In this document: positions 22,801 through 37,800 of the stretch, one piece after another | Numbering within the stretch: position 1 is the stretch's first letter | Layout of the letters: each line of letters begins with the position of its first letter | NCBI GenBank assembly: GCA_937907055.1 | Contig: CALCTW010000024.1 | Coordinates: 8,968-48,968 of the forward strand | Length of the DNA stretch: 40,001 nucleotides | Direction: 5' to 3' | DNA from: an uncultured Clostridia bacterium | Lineage (GTDB): Bacteria > Bacillota > Clostridia > Christensenellales > Aristaeellaceae | Position numbers and translations under genes: made by a program | The notes under the pieces: generated by a model | Told to the model about the DNA's origin: nothing | What the model saw: only the letters and a program-made list of their open reading frames with translations | Database searches by the model: none

Positions 22801-25800
22801 GAATAAGGGCGTGGAGAAGGAAAACATCTTCTACAGCGTGCCCGATATGCCGGGCGCGGAGATCCTGCCCGGCAGCGTGGCGATCGTGCCGAATCAGAAA
22901 ACGATCGTGAACAACAGCATGGAAAAGATGCTGAAGCTGTACAGGAGCATGATCGATCATTTGCTGGAGAAGGGCAAGAACATCTATCTGGTGTATCATT
23001 CCAGTGAGGACTACTCGATCTGCAATGAGATCAAGGCCCTGTTCAGGGACGAAAAGCGTGTGATCGTGGTGGAGAAGGAACTGAACTGCTTTGAATACCA
23101 CGAGACGGTGAAGAAATTTGACTACATCATCGCATCCCGGTTCCATTCCATCGTGCTGGCGTACCGCAATCACACCCCGGCCATCGTACTTGGATGGGCG
23201 GTGAAATATCAGGAGCTGTTGGGACTTTTCGGTCAGCAGGATTACCTGTTTGACGTGAGGAACGAGATCGACGAAAACGACCTGATCGCCCGCATCGATA
23301 AGATGGAAACGGAAAAGGACCGCGAACGGGCGAAGATCGCGGAAGGACTTGTAGCGGTGCAGGAGCAGAACGTGTTTGATCTGATCCGGCCGAAAGAATG
23401 CTGAAAGGGCAGAGAAACATGGCAGCAAGTCGCAGTAAAAACGCAACCAGGAATATCACGTTTGCCTTCCTGAAGGGGATCCTGAACACCGTGCTCCCCT
23501 TTATTACGCGTACGATCATTCTGTATCTGATCGGTACGGAATATCTTGGGGTCGGCACCCTGTTCACCTCGATCCTGAGCGTATTGAACCTCTCAGAGCT
23601 GGGACTGAGCGCGGCGATCAACTATTCGATGTACAAGCCGATCGTGGAAGACGATACGGCCACGATCAACGCGCTGCTGCGCTATTATCGCCGTCTGTAC
23701 CGGATCATCGGCATCGTGATGCTGGGTGTCGGTTCAGCGATTGTTCCGCTTCTGCCGGTGCTGATCAAAGGCGAGCCGCCGGCTGATCTGAATATCGTTA
23801 TCCTGTATTTCCTTTATCTGATCAATCTGGTGACGAGTTATTTCTTTGCCGGATACCGTCAGTGTCTGCTCACGTCTCATCAGAGAAGCGATATTGTGAG
23901 TAAGATCACGCTGACCGCCTATGTGATCAATAACGTGCTGCAGATCATCGTGCTGGTGGCGACGCGGAATTATTATGTGTACGCGGCCGCGCCGATCGTG
24001 GGAACGATTTTCACGAATGTGTGCGACCTGCTGGTGACAAAGCGGATGTATCCGGAGATCTCCTGCAAGGGAGAACTGGATCCGGAGATAAGAAAGGGCA
24101 TCCGGAAGCGGATCAGCGGTCTTTTCGGCACAAAGCTGAACAGTATCGTGGTGCATCAGGCGGATATTCTGGTGATCTCCGCCTTCCTCGGCCTGGAACT
24201 GGTGACGATCTACGGAAACTATTACTACCTGTTCAATTCGGTCTGCGCGTTTACCCTGATCTTTTTCTCCTCGCTGACGGCCGGTGTGGGCAACAAGCTT
24301 GTGCTGGATTCGATCGAGGAAAATGTAAAACTGTTTAAAAACATCCGTTTCCTGAATGTGTGGCTGGTGGGCTTCTGCGGCGCGTGCTTTATGGGATTGT
24401 ATCAGCCGTTCATGCGTCTGTGGGTCGGATCTGACCTCATGCTGCCGCTGCCATTCGTGATCCTGCTGGTGGTGTACTTCTATATCTACGAAGTGCAGCG
24501 CACTGTGCTGACCTTTAAGGATGCGGCCGGGCTTTGGTATGAAGATCGTTTCCGTCCTTACGTGACGATGGCATTCAATATCGTGAGTAACCTGATCATG
24601 GTGCAGTTTATCGGGATCTATGGTATCGTGCTTTCCAGCATTCTGGCGTTCGCGATCTCTTTGCCGTGGGCGAATCGGGTGCTGTATGTGCATCTGTTCA
24701 AGAAGAATCCTTCGGAAAACCTGATCGCGCTGGGCAAGTATACTCTGGTCGTGGCCGCGATCATTGCCGCGTGCTATGGGATCTGCATGTTGCTGCCGGA
24801 GGGTATCATCGGACTGATCCTGCGCTTTATTGTGATCCTGGTGTTCTTTAACGGAGCGTTTTTCCTGTTTTACCGGAATAAGCCGGAATTTGCCTTTGTG
24901 AAGCGTTACTTCGGAAAAATGATGAAGAAACTGAGGGGAAAGAAATGAGTATTCAAAAAAGACTGGGTCAGATCAAACGCAGCCTGACCGGCAATTCGGT
25001 CGGAAGCGCTCATCGTGCTTTTTACCGGCGATTTATGAAGTATGCTTTTATCGAAGGCGAATGCAGTAACGCGCAGCAGTTTGAAGCCTCGATCACGAAA
25101 ATGTATCACGCGGTGGAAAAGGGGCTCTCTTATCCGGTATACCGTCCGAACTTCGGGAAAAAGAATGTGCTTCAGTTGATCGCGTCCATGGAAGCGTACG
25201 CGGCGAAGTATGATGTTACAGCCTTTTTCTATGAAACGTCTTTGTCCGTATTGACGGCGTATAACGAAAAAAATCGGCAGGCCGGCTCTCCTGATCCCGA
25301 GATCGAAAAGCGTGTGGCCGGACTGCCCGGAAAAGCGAATGGGGTTGGCGGCGTGATCACGGTCAATGCGCTCAGTGAAGAGCAGATCAAGCAGATGGAT
25401 CACGCGCGGTTTGTAGAAAGCCGCCATAGTATCCGTTTCTTCGATCCCGCGCCGTTCCCGGTCGAAAAGATCCACGCGGCATTGGCGTTGGCGCAGTATA
25501 CACCGTCTGCCTGTAATCGTCAGGGGTGGAAAGCGCATATCGTGAATGACAGCGCGAAGGTGCAGAAGATCCTTGCGAATCAGAATGGTAACAAGGGATT
25601 TGGCGAAGCTGTGAAGCAGTTGGTCGTCGTGACGGGGGATCTGCGGTACTTTAACAAGACCCGTGAATTGCATCAGGTGTATATCGACGGCGGCATGTAC
25701 GCCATGCGTGTGCTGGATGCCCTTCATTATGAGGGCGCGGCGACGACGCCTCTCAGCGCTGCACTGACCGGGAAACAGGAAGAGAACGTGCGAAAACTGC

Positions 25801-28800
25801 TGGATTTGGATCCTGCTGAAGTGATCATCATGTTCATTTGTGTGGGGACCTGTCCTGCGGAAACGCTGACGACTCGTTCTGAACGCCGTCCTTATAGGAG
25901 AGGTTAATCTATCACTTTATTTATCAGGCAGGTCATTATGATTTGTTCACAAGTATTTCAGAAGTCTTATCATCGGGAGCCGGAGGATGTGGCCTTTTGC
26001 CCCTACCGGGTGTGCCCGATGGGCGCGCACTCGGATCATAACTTCGGTAAGATCACGGGTCTCGCGATCGATAAGGGTGTGAATATCGCCTATGGCGTGA
26101 AAAAGAACGGCGTGATCGAGCTGTCCTCGCTGCAGTTTGAAAAGCGGGCGCAGTGGCATATCCAGCAGGTGGATGAAAAGCCGGTGGGCGACTGGGCGGA
26201 TTACCTGCGCGGCGCGACATGGGCGCTTTCAAAGCATTATACGCTGCGGATGGGTCTGTGCGGTGTGGTGGAAGGCACCATGCCGATCGGCGGGCTCTCT
26301 TCCTCCGCGGCGGTCATCATCGCGTTCCTGTGCGCGCTTTGCAAGGTGAACGACCTGCATCCGGGCGAGGCGGAGCTGATCCAGATCGCCCTGGAGGCGG
26401 AAAAGGATTATGTGGGTGTCGCGGTGGGTACGCTGGACCAGAGCTGCGAAGTGTATTCAAAGAAAGATCATCTGCTGTATCTGGATACACTGAACAACAA
26501 GTATGAACTGATCCCGCAGCACCCCGATATGCCGGAATACAAGATCGCGATCTTCTTCTCCGGGATCGAGCGGAACCTGGCCGGAAGCAAGTTCAATATG
26601 CGCGTGGATGAGGCGAAGTCCGCGGCCTACGCGCTGATGGCGTATGCCGGAATGGATTACGGCAAATTCAATGAGGCGGTACTTCGCTCTGTGCCGGTGG
26701 AGATCTATCATCAATATAAGGATCGGCTGCCGGATAACTGGCGGAAGCGCGCGGAACACTGGTATACCGAGTTCGCGCGTGTGGAGGCCGGCGCGGAAGC
26801 ATGGCGCAGGGGTGATCTGTTCACCTACGGTAAACTGTGCTTTGCGAGCGGACGGAGCTCGATCGAGAACTGGGAGACCGGTTCGGATGAACTGAAGAAG
26901 CTGTATGAGCTGATCCGCTCGGCGGACGGCGTATATGGCGGCCGTTTCTCCGGCGCGGGCTTCAAGGGCTGCTGCATGGCGCTGATCGATCCGAAATACG
27001 CGGAGAAGATCGAGCAGTATGTGGGCGAGGAATACCTGAAGGCGTTCCCGGCACTGAGCGGCAAATATTCCTTCCATCTGTGCGAGAGCGCGGACGGTGT
27101 GAAGATGCCGTAAGGCGGATATAGAAAGTCAAAAAGAAATAACGGCCTTTTTACCGCGGATGTATTGAAAGAGAAGCGGAGAAAAGAAAAAATAAGCAAT
27201 AGCAGTATCACGGATGTAGAAATTGAGAAGGGATGCTGCAACATTGTCAGACAGAACCGCCGCAGAGATGCCGGGCGGTGACAGCTGATCCACGATCGAT
27301 ATGGGAGATAAAAATGAATATTGCTGTTGCCGGAACAGGCTATGTGGGCCTGTCGATCTCTGTTTTGCTTTCACAGCATCATCATGTGACGGCTGTGGAC
27401 ATCATTCCGGAAAAGGTGGAGAAGATCAATAAAAGGATCAGCCCGATCCAGGATGAGTATATTGAAAAATACCTCAGGGAAAAGGATCTGGACCTGACGG
27501 CTACGACGGACGCGGAAACGGCGTATCAGGACGCCGAGTTTGTGGTGATCGCGGCCCCGACCAATTATGACAGCCGGAAGAACTTTTTTGATACCAGCGC
27601 GGTGGAATCTGTGATCCGGCAGGTGATAAAGGTCAATCCGGATGCCGTAATGATCATCAAATCCACGATCCCCGTAGGCTTTACCGCGATGGTACGCGAA
27701 AAGTATCATTGCGATAATATCCTGTTCAGCCCGGAGTTCCTGCGGGAGAGCAAGGCTTTGTATGATAACCTGTATCCCAGCCGGATCATTGTGGGCACGG
27801 ATGTGGAGAACGCGCGGCTGGTGAAGGCGGCCAACACCTTTGCCTGTCTTTTGCAGGAAGGCGCGCTGAAGCCGGAGATCGATACACTGATCATGGGCTT
27901 TACCGAGGCCGAGGCTGTGAAGCTGTTCGCCAATACCTATCTGGCGCTTCGCGTGTCATATTTTAATGAACTGGACACCTATGCCGAGATGAAGGGACTG
28001 GATACACAGCAGATCATTAACGGTGTGTGTCTGGATCCGCGGATCGGCTCTCACTATAATAACCCTTCATTTGGTTACGGCGGCTACTGCCTGCCCAAGG
28101 ATACCAAGCAGTTGCTGGCGAACTACGCGGATGTGCCGCAGAACATGATGAGCGCCATTGTGGAGAGCAACAGGACAAGGAAGGACTTTATTGCCGACCG
28201 CGTACTGGAGATGGCCGGTGCCTACGAAGCCAGTGAGGCATGGAACGCCGATAAGGAGCATGAGGTGATCGTGGGCGTGTACCGCCTGACGATGAAGAGC
28301 AATTCCGATAACTTCCGTCAGAGTTCCATTCAGGGCGTGATGAAGCGGATCAAGGCCAAGGGCGCGACGGTGGTCATTTATGAGCCGACCCTGGAAAACG
28401 GCAGCACGTTCTTTGGCAGCAGGGTGATCGGCGATCTTGAGAAATTCAAACAGATGAGCAACGCCATCATCGCCAACCGCTATGACAGCTGTCTGGATGA
28501 TGTGGCGGAGAAGGTGTATACCCGCGATATCTTCAGAAGAGACTGATCCTGAGCGGGAAAGAACACTGAAAAGGGGACAAGAATATGAAGTGTGTGATTC
28601 TGGCGGCAGGTTACGCGACCCGGCTTTATCCGCTGACGGAGAATTTTCCGAAGCCTTTATTGAAAGTGGGCGAGAAGACGATCCTGGACTGGCTGATCGA
28701 TGATATCGATACGATCGGGGTGATCGATCAGTATGTGGTGATCAGCAATCATAAGTACGCGCCGCATTTTGAAGCGTGGGCGAAGGAAAAGAAGCAGCAG

Positions 28801-31800
28801 GTGGTGGTGGTGGATGACGGAACATCCTCCAATGAGACCCGTCTGGGCGCGGTGAAGGATGTGCAGTTTGCCATCGATCAATTGAGTCTCAATGATGACC
28901 TGCTGGTGATCGCCGGAGACAATGTGCTGGATTTCAGCCTGACAAAGTTTATTACCTACGCGCGGGAGAAGGGCACCTCCTGCATCATGCGCTATTATGA
29001 GGCGCAGGAGAGCAAGCTGGTGAAGTGCGGCGTGGTGGAGATCGATGAGGCGGACAGGATCCTTTCGATGGAGGAAAAGCCCGCGCGGCCGAAGAGCCAC
29101 TGGTGCTGCCCGCCCTTCTATGTATACGCGAAGGGTGATGTGTGCCGCGTGAAGGAAGCCATTGAAGGCGGAGAATGCGGCACGGACGCGCCCGGCAGCT
29201 TCATTGCCTGGCTGAGCCAGAAGACCGCGGTGCATGCCATGGAAATGCCCGGCAGCCGTTATGATATCGGCAATCTGGCAAGTTATGAACAGGTGCAGCG
29301 CGATTACAAGGGCATTACCCGCTGAACGCAAAAAAGCAGATGAGAGGATACGATATGGAACACGGACAGCTTTCTTTGACCGGCAAGACGATCCTTGTGA
29401 CCGGCGCGGCCGGGTTTATCGGCAGCAATCTGGTGCTGGAGCTGCTGCGGACGCAGGAAAAGGTGCGGATCATCGGTATCGACAATATGAACGACTACTA
29501 TGACGTGTCCATCAAGGAATGGCGTCTTGAGCAGATCGGGGTGGCAGCCGAGAAGACAGACGGCAGCGAGTGGCATTTTATCCGCGGTGATATCGCGGAT
29601 AACGCGTGTATTCAGGGTATTTTTGAAAAATACGCGCCTTCTGTGGTCGTCAATCTGGCGGCGCAGGCCGGTGTGCGTTACTCCATTACCAACCCGGACG
29701 CGTATATCCGCTCCAATATGATCGGCTTCTATAACATTCTGGAAGCCTGCCGCCACAGTTATGACGGCGGTAGGACCGGCGTGGAGCATCTGGTGTACGC
29801 CTCTTCTTCTTCCGTTTACGGCTCTAACAAGAAGGTGCCTTACGCAACAGAGGACAAGGTGGATAACCCGGTCTCACTGTACGCGGCGACCAAGAAGAGC
29901 AATGAGCTGTTCGCGCATTCTTATTCCAAACTGTATAACATTCCTTCCACCGGGCTGCGCTTCTTTACGGTGTACGGCCCTGCCGGACGCCCGGATATGG
30001 CGTACTTCGGCTTCACGGATAAACTGATCCGCGGCGAGACGATCAAGATCTTCAACTACGGCAATTGCAAGCGCGATTTCACCTATGTGGATGATATCGT
30101 GGAAGGGATCAAGCGCGTGATGCAGGGGCCGCCGACGCGTGTCAAGGGCGAGGACGGGCTGCCTGTGCCGCCTTATGCTGTTTATAACATCGGCAACTCC
30201 GCGCCGGAGAACCTGCTGGACTTTGTGGATATCCTGCAGCAGGAACTGATCCGCGCGAAGGTGCTGCCGGAGGATTATGACTTTGAGGCGCATAAGCAGC
30301 TGGTTGCGATGCAGCCCGGCGATGTGCCGGTGACCTACGCGGATACGACGCCGCTGGAGCAGGACTTCGGCTTCAGGCCGGATACGCCGCTGAGGGAGGG
30401 CCTGCGCCGCTTTGCGGAATGGTATTATGAGTTCTATCTGAAAGACCGTGCCTGACGGAGGAAGAAATCTATGCCTCTTGGCGTAATCGTGAATGTGCTG
30501 GCGGTGGTGATCGGCGGATTGCTGGGAACGGTGATCGGCCCCAAGCTGAGCCAGCGGCTGAAGGACACACTGTATCTGGTGTTCGGGATCTCTTCGATGG
30601 GGATCGGCATCACATCAGTGGTGAAGATGCAGAACATGCCGGCGGTGATCCTGGCCTTTATTGTGGGAACGATCATCGGGGTGGTGCTGCATCTGCAGGA
30701 CCGGATCCAGCGCGGCGGGCAGCTGATGCAGAAGGGCATGGCGAAGGTACTGCCGGTAGGAAAGCTGGACGCGGACGCGTCGGCGCTGCTGGTGACGGCC
30801 ATCGTGCTGTTCTGCGTGAGCGGAACGGGCATCTATGGATCGATCTATTCCGGGATCAGCGGAGATCACAGCATCCTGATCGCCAAATCCATTCTGGACC
30901 TGTTCACGGCCATGATCTTTGCCTGTTCTTTGGGGCCGGTGACATCGCTGGTGGCGGTACCGCAGGCGGTGGTCTTTCTGATCCTGTTCTTCTCGGCGCG
31001 GCTGATCTTTCCGCTGACGACGGAGACGATGGTGAATGACTTCAAGGCCTGTGGAGGACTGATCATGATCGCGACCGGGTTCAGGATCGCCAAGATCCAT
31101 GATTTCCCCATCGCGGATATGATCCCGTCCATGCTGCTGGTGTGGTTTACCAGCGCGCTGTGGTCGCTGATGTAAACTGAAAAACGATGAGCATAGAAAA
31201 ACACGCCCGGAAAATGATCCGGACGTGTTTTTGAATGCGGGGAACGCGGAAGCAGGATCAGCCGCGGAGGAACTTTTGCAGATCCTTCAGGAAGCCTAAA
31301 ATGAGGACGCGGGTGCCGTCAACAAAGACGGTATCGGCGTTGAGATCGGTGCGGAGGCGGCCATGATCGCGCATGGCCAGAACATTGACATGATACTTCT
31401 GCCGGATAGCCAATTGACCGAGGCTCTTGTTGATCCATTCGTGAGGGACTTCGATCTCGACGATGGCGCTTTCGGCATCCAGCTCGATATATTCAAAGAC
31501 ATGATCGGCGCTGTAACGGATGGCTGTCCATTCAGCCATTTCACGCTCGGGATAAACGACATAATCCGCGCCGTTGCGGAGAAGAAACTTTTCATAACGG
31601 TCACGGCTGGCACGGGCCACGACCTTTTGCGCGCCCAGTTCCTTGAGGAGACTGGTGGTCTCGAGCGAATCAAGGAAATCATCGCCGATGGTGACGATGC
31701 AAAGATCGAAGTCCGGGATGCCGAGCGATTCGAGGAAAACGCGGTCCGTGCTGTCGCCGATCTGCGCGCTGTCAACATAGGGCATGACGGACTGGACGCG

Positions 31801-34800
31801 TTCCTCGTCATTATCGATGGCCATGACTTCATGGCCCAGTTCATTGAGCTTTTTGATGACGGTACGTCCGAAACGGCCAAGACCAACGACCAGTACTGAT
31901 TTCATAGGTTTTCCTCCTGACATCCGGCAGAAAGCCGGGAGAATGATGGGCGTTTATTGGGGAATATACAGAGAGACTGCAGACGGAGCGGCATCCACAC
32001 GGGATCAGCCGATGGTGATCTTTTCAGTGGGGACGCTGCTGCGGACATTCTTCTTGGAAATGCCGGCATAGATGATGGTGAGGCCGCCGACACGCCCGAT
32101 GAACATGAGCAGGATGAGCAGCAGACGGGAGCCTGTGCCGAGGCCGGTGGTGATGCCGAGGGTGAGACCGGCGGTGCCGACGGCGCTGGCGGTCTCAAAC
32201 GCGCAGGTGAGCAGCGGCAGTTCCTCGAAGAAGCTGATCAGCAGAGCGCAGGTGACGAACAGGACGACATAAAGCATGAGCAGGGCAGAGGCGCTGCGCA
32301 CGGTCTCGTCCTCGAGACGGCGCTTGAACAGGCGGACATCGCTCTGACGGCGGTAGACGGAGAACATGAGGGCCAGCATGACGGTGAAGGTGGTGGTCTT
32401 CATACCGCCGGCGGTACTGCCGGGGCAGCCGCCGATCATCATGAGCACGATCATGATGAGCACGCTGCCGTCATGAAGCGTGGAGAAATCCGCTGTATTG
32501 AAGCCCGCGGTGCGGGTGGTGACAGACTGGAAGAGAGAGACGAGCGTGCGTTCCCCGAGGGGGAGCGCGCTGTATTCACGGAAGAAGAAGAAAACAGCGG
32601 GCAGGAAAATGAGCACGGGGGTGATGCACAGGATGACCTTGGTCTGCATGGAATAGCGGCGGAAACGGAACTTGTTGCGGATGAGATCATCATAGGTGAA
32701 GAAGCCCAGACCGCCGCAGATGATGAGCAGCATGATGACGATATTGAAGTAAGCGTCCCCGCTCCACGAGGTGAGGGAACTGAAGGGCTCCTCGGCCCCC
32801 ATAAGATCGAAACCGGCATTGCAGAAGGCGGAGATGCTGTGGAAAACGGAATACCAGATGCCCTTCAGCGCGCCGAAACGCCCGATGAAGGAGGGCAGGA
32901 GCAGAAGCGCGCCGGTGCCCTCAAAAATGAGGGTCATGAGCAGGATGAAGCGGAGCGTTTTGAGGACACCGCCCATTTGGGGGGCGGAAATGGCATCAAC
33001 AAGCTTGCTGCGCTGACCGAGCCCGATCTTCCTGCCGGTAAACATGGTGAAGGTGGAAACGATGCTGACGACACCGAGACCGCCGACCTGAATGAGCAGG
33101 ATGACGATGAGCTGGCCGAAGAAATTCCAGTAGGAGCCGGTATCCTTCACGACCAGACCGGTGACGCAGACCGCGCTGGTGGAGGTGAAGAGGGCATCGA
33201 GCGGAGATGTCCACACCCCCTGCGTATTGGCAATGGGGAGCGTGAGCAGCAGCGTGCCCAGCAGGATGACTGCCAGAAAACCCAGAACGATCGTCTGGCC
33301 GGAGGTGAGCTTTTTAAGCTTGAATTTCAGTTTCAAGGATGTTTACCTCAGAATCGGTTAAATGCGGTATACAAGATGATTATACCACTGCCGGGGTGAA
33401 ATAACAAGTGCGCGGCATTGACGGGAACCGCGGCGGCGCTTATAATGAAGAAAGATCACGGAAAGGGGGAGCAGACATGGCGAGAAGGGCATTGGACAGA
33501 GCCGGAGAGATCGGGCGGTCGATCCTGACGGCGTACCGGGACACGCTGTGGGCTCCCTTTGTGAAGGGGATCCGGCGGTATCAGATGATCCGCGAAGGAG
33601 ACAGGATCGCGGTGTGCATTTCCGGCGGCAAGGACAGTATGCTGCTGGCTAAGATGATGCAGCTGCTGCAGAAGCACTATGATGTGCCCTTTGAGGTGAC
33701 CTTTCTGGTGATGGATCCCGGGTATAACCGGGAAAACCGCGCGCAGATCGAGGAGAACCTGAAAACGCTTCAGATCCCGGCGGTGATCTTTGAAAGCGAC
33801 GTGTTTGAAGTGGCGAATGTGCAGGAGCATAATCCCTGCTATCTGTGCGCCAGAATGCGGCGCGGGTGTCTTTACAAAAAGGCGCAGGAGCTTGGATGCA
33901 ACAAGATCGCGCTGGGGCATCACTTTGACGATGTGATCGGCACCACGGTGATGAGCATGTTCTGGAGCGCCAAGCTGGAGGCCATGATGCCGATGGTACA
34001 CGCGCGGAATTTTGACGATATGACACTGATCCGGCCCATGTATCTGGTGCATGAGGAGGATATCATCGCCTGGCGGGATGAGAACGCGCTGCGGTTTATC
34101 CAGTGCGCGTGCCGCTTTACAGGACACGCGGAAACGGATGAGCATGCCTCCAAGCGGCTGGAAACGAAGCTGCTGCTGAAGCGATTGAGGGAAAACAACC
34201 CGGATATTGAAAAGAACATTTTTAACAGCATCCATAATGTGGACATGGACACCTTCCCCGCGTGGAAGAAAAACGGGGAAAGCCATGATTTTCTGGAACA
34301 TTTTTATGACCCGGATCAGAACGGGTGAAAGGATAAGGATATGCTGAACGGAAAGAACATCGTGCTGGGCGTGACCGGCAGCCTCTCGGCATGGAAGGCC
34401 TGCCCGCTGTGCGCGGAGCTGAAAAACGCGAATGTGAATATCGATGTGATCATGACCGCGAACGCGCAGCGGTTTATCGCGCCGCTGACCTTTGCCTCGC
34501 TGACGGGAAATCCCGTGGTATGTGATCAGTTTGAGCGGCCTTCGGCGTGGGATGTGAAGCATATTTCGCTGGCGCACAAGGCGCAGCTGTTCCTGATCGC
34601 CCCCTGCACGGCGGATATGCTGGGCAAGATCGCGAACGGCGTGGCGGATGATATGCTGTCCACGACTGTGATGGCGACAAAAGCCCCTGTGATGATCTGC
34701 CCGGCCATGGACGCGGCGACCCGGAGCCATCCTGCTGTACAGGCCAATGTGCAGAAGCTGGCCGCCAAGGGCATGATTATCGTGGGCGGCGAGGACGGAG

Positions 34801-37800
34801 GGATGGCGGATACGGAGGCGATCCTGCAGGCGATCGAAAAGGTATTCGCGGATTGACTGTAAGAACTATGCGAACAGAACGCGGCATTCATGAACGGGTG
34901 CCGCGTTTTTTGTTGGTAAATTATGCGGGTTGCTCTAATGAAAAGAATAAGGTATAATGCAGGGCGGAAGGCAGCCGCGAGGCGCTTTACCCTTAACTGA
35001 GGAGATACAAAATGAGCAAACCCATGAACAGTCATACCCTGCGTATGATGATCGAGACCTCTGTGATGACCGTGCTGCTGGCTTGCTGCGCGTGGATCAC
35101 GATCCCCTTCGGCGAGGTGCCGTTTACCCTGCAGACCTTCGGCGTATTTATGGCGATGCGCCTTCTGGGCGGCAAATGGGGCACTGTGTGCGTGGCGGTG
35201 TATATCGCGCTGGGCGCTGTGAACGCGCCTGTGTTTGCCGGATTCAAGGGCGGTGTGGATGTGCTGGTGGGGCCGACCGGCGGCTATATCTGGGGCTTCC
35301 TGCTGACCGGCATCGTGTACTGGGCCTCTGAGGAAGTACAGAAGCGCCTTGTGAAAAAGGAAGGGAAAATGATCCGCTGGGTGGTGCCCGGTGTGGTGCT
35401 CGCGATCGGCCTGCTGCTGTGCTATGCCTTCGGTACCCTGTGGTTCATCAATGTGATGAGCGGTAAGGGCAATGCCTACACGATCGGCGCGGCGCTGATG
35501 CTGTGCGTGATCCCCTACCTGCTGCCGGATGCCGCCAAGCTGGTGCTGGCGCTGATCCTGGGTGACCGCGTGAACAAAGCCCTCGGCCGTCTGGACAGAA
35601 AATAAGAATATTAAAAAGCAAGAACGCGTGTCTGAAAAAAGCGCGCGTTTCTTTTTGCCGCGCGGCCGGGAGCAGGGTGCGGCACGGCTGGCCGGTGTGG
35701 ACAAAAGACGGGAAAAAGGGTATAATGAAACAGTAATAAACACCTGCGGCGCGCGCAAAAGACGGCGATGCCCGCAGGGGAAGGAAATGGAACTTGAAGA
35801 TCGGAATACTGGGAGCCGGAACCTGGGGGATCGCGCTGGCCAGAATGCTGGCCAACAGCGGACATGATGTGACGGTGTGGAGCGCGGTGCCCGGGGAGAC
35901 GGCGCAGCTGGATAAAAACAGAACGCATCCGAATCTGCCGGGGATGGTGATCCCGGAGACGGTGCGCTTTACGGAAGAACTGTCAGAGGCGTGTAAGGAC
36001 GGGATCCTGCTGTTCGCGGTGCCGAGTATTTATGTGCGTGAGACCGCGAAACGGGCGGCTAAGTATATCGGGCCTGAAACGATCATTGTGGATGTGGCGA
36101 AGGGCATAGAGCCCGGCACATTGATGATGATGAGCGAAGTGATCCGGGATGAAGTGGGGCAGGAGCACCCGGTGGTGGCCCTGTCCGGCCCGACCCACGC
36201 GGAAGAGGTGGCGCGCGACCTGCCGACGACCATCGTATCCGCCTGCAGGGACGAAGCGGCGGCAAGGCTGGTGCAGGATGTGTTTATGAACACGTGTATG
36301 CGCGTGTATACGAATCATGATATCCGGGGCGTGGAGCTGTGCGGCGCGATGAAGAACATCATTGCCCTGGCCGCCGGTATCTCGACCGGCCTGGGCTACG
36401 GGGATAACGCGAAGGCCATGCTGATCACCCGCGGGATCGCGGAGATCGCGAGGCTGGGCGATAAGATGGGCTGCGAACAGCACACATTCGCGGGGCTTGC
36501 CGGGATCGGTGACCTGATCGTGACGGCGACCTCCATGCACAGCCGCAACAACCGCTGCGGTATGCTGATCGGCGAAGGCGCGAGCGCGGAGGAGGCCGCC
36601 CGAAAGGTGGGCATGGTGGTGGAGGGCGTGAACGCGCTGCCCGCGGCCATGGAACTGATGCGCAAGTATCAAGTGGAGATGCCGATCATTGCCGCGGTGG
36701 ACGCGGTGGTGAATCACGGCGCTGTGCCGCTGGAAAAGGTGAATGAGCTGATGCAGCGCGGAAAGAAAGCGGAATGACGCGCGAAAAAGGAATAAGGGAA
36801 ACAAAAAAAACGAAGAACCACGCGCGGGCGCGGTTCTTCGTTTTTTGATGCAGGCTCATCCGAAAAATGGGTTATATTATGGACTGTATATCCGGTATGC
36901 ATTAATCATTCTTCTTCTTTTATGATTTGTCTGATATAATACAGACGTAATCGATAAATGATGTATCGATTAGAAGAATTCAACGAACAGGATGATACAA
37001 GGAGGTAATTCCAATGGCTCGTTTTACTCTTCCCCGTGACCTGTATCATGGCAAGGGCTCTCTGGAAGCCCTGAAGACCTTCAAGGGCACCAAGGCGATG
37101 ATCTGCGTCGGCGGCGGCTCCATGAAGAAGTTTGGTTTCCTGGACCGTGCTGAAGCTTACCTGAAGGAAGCCGGCATGGAAGTGCAGATTTTTGACGGTA
37201 TTGAACCCGATCCTTCTGTGGAGACCGTTATGCGCGGCGCGGAAGCGATGCTGGCCTTCCAGCCTGACTGGATCGTGGCGATCGGCGGCGGTTCCCCCAT
37301 CGATGCCGCGAAGGCGATGTGGATCAAGTATGAATATCCGGAGTGCACCTTTGAAGATATGTGCAAGATCTTCGGTATTCCCGAGCTGCGCAAGAAGGCT
37401 CATTTCTGCGCTGTTTCCTCCACTTCCGGTACCGCGACCGAAGTGACCGCTTTCTCCATCATCACCGACTACAGCAAGGGTATCAAGTATCCCATCGCTG
37501 ACTTTGAGATCACGCCCGATGTGGCTATCGTGGACCCCGAACTGGCTGAGACCATGCCCAAGAAGCTGGTGGCTCATACCGGTATGGACGCGATGACCCA
37601 TGCTGTGGAAGCCTATGTTTCCACCGCGAACTGCGATTATACCGATCCTCTGGCCATCCATGCCATTGAGATGATCCAGAATGACCTGGTGGCTTCCTAC
37701 AACGGCGATATGGCCGCCCGTGACCGTATGCACAACGCGCAGTGCCTGGCCGGTATGGCGTTCAGCAACGCGCTGCTGGGTATCGTGCACTCCATGGCCC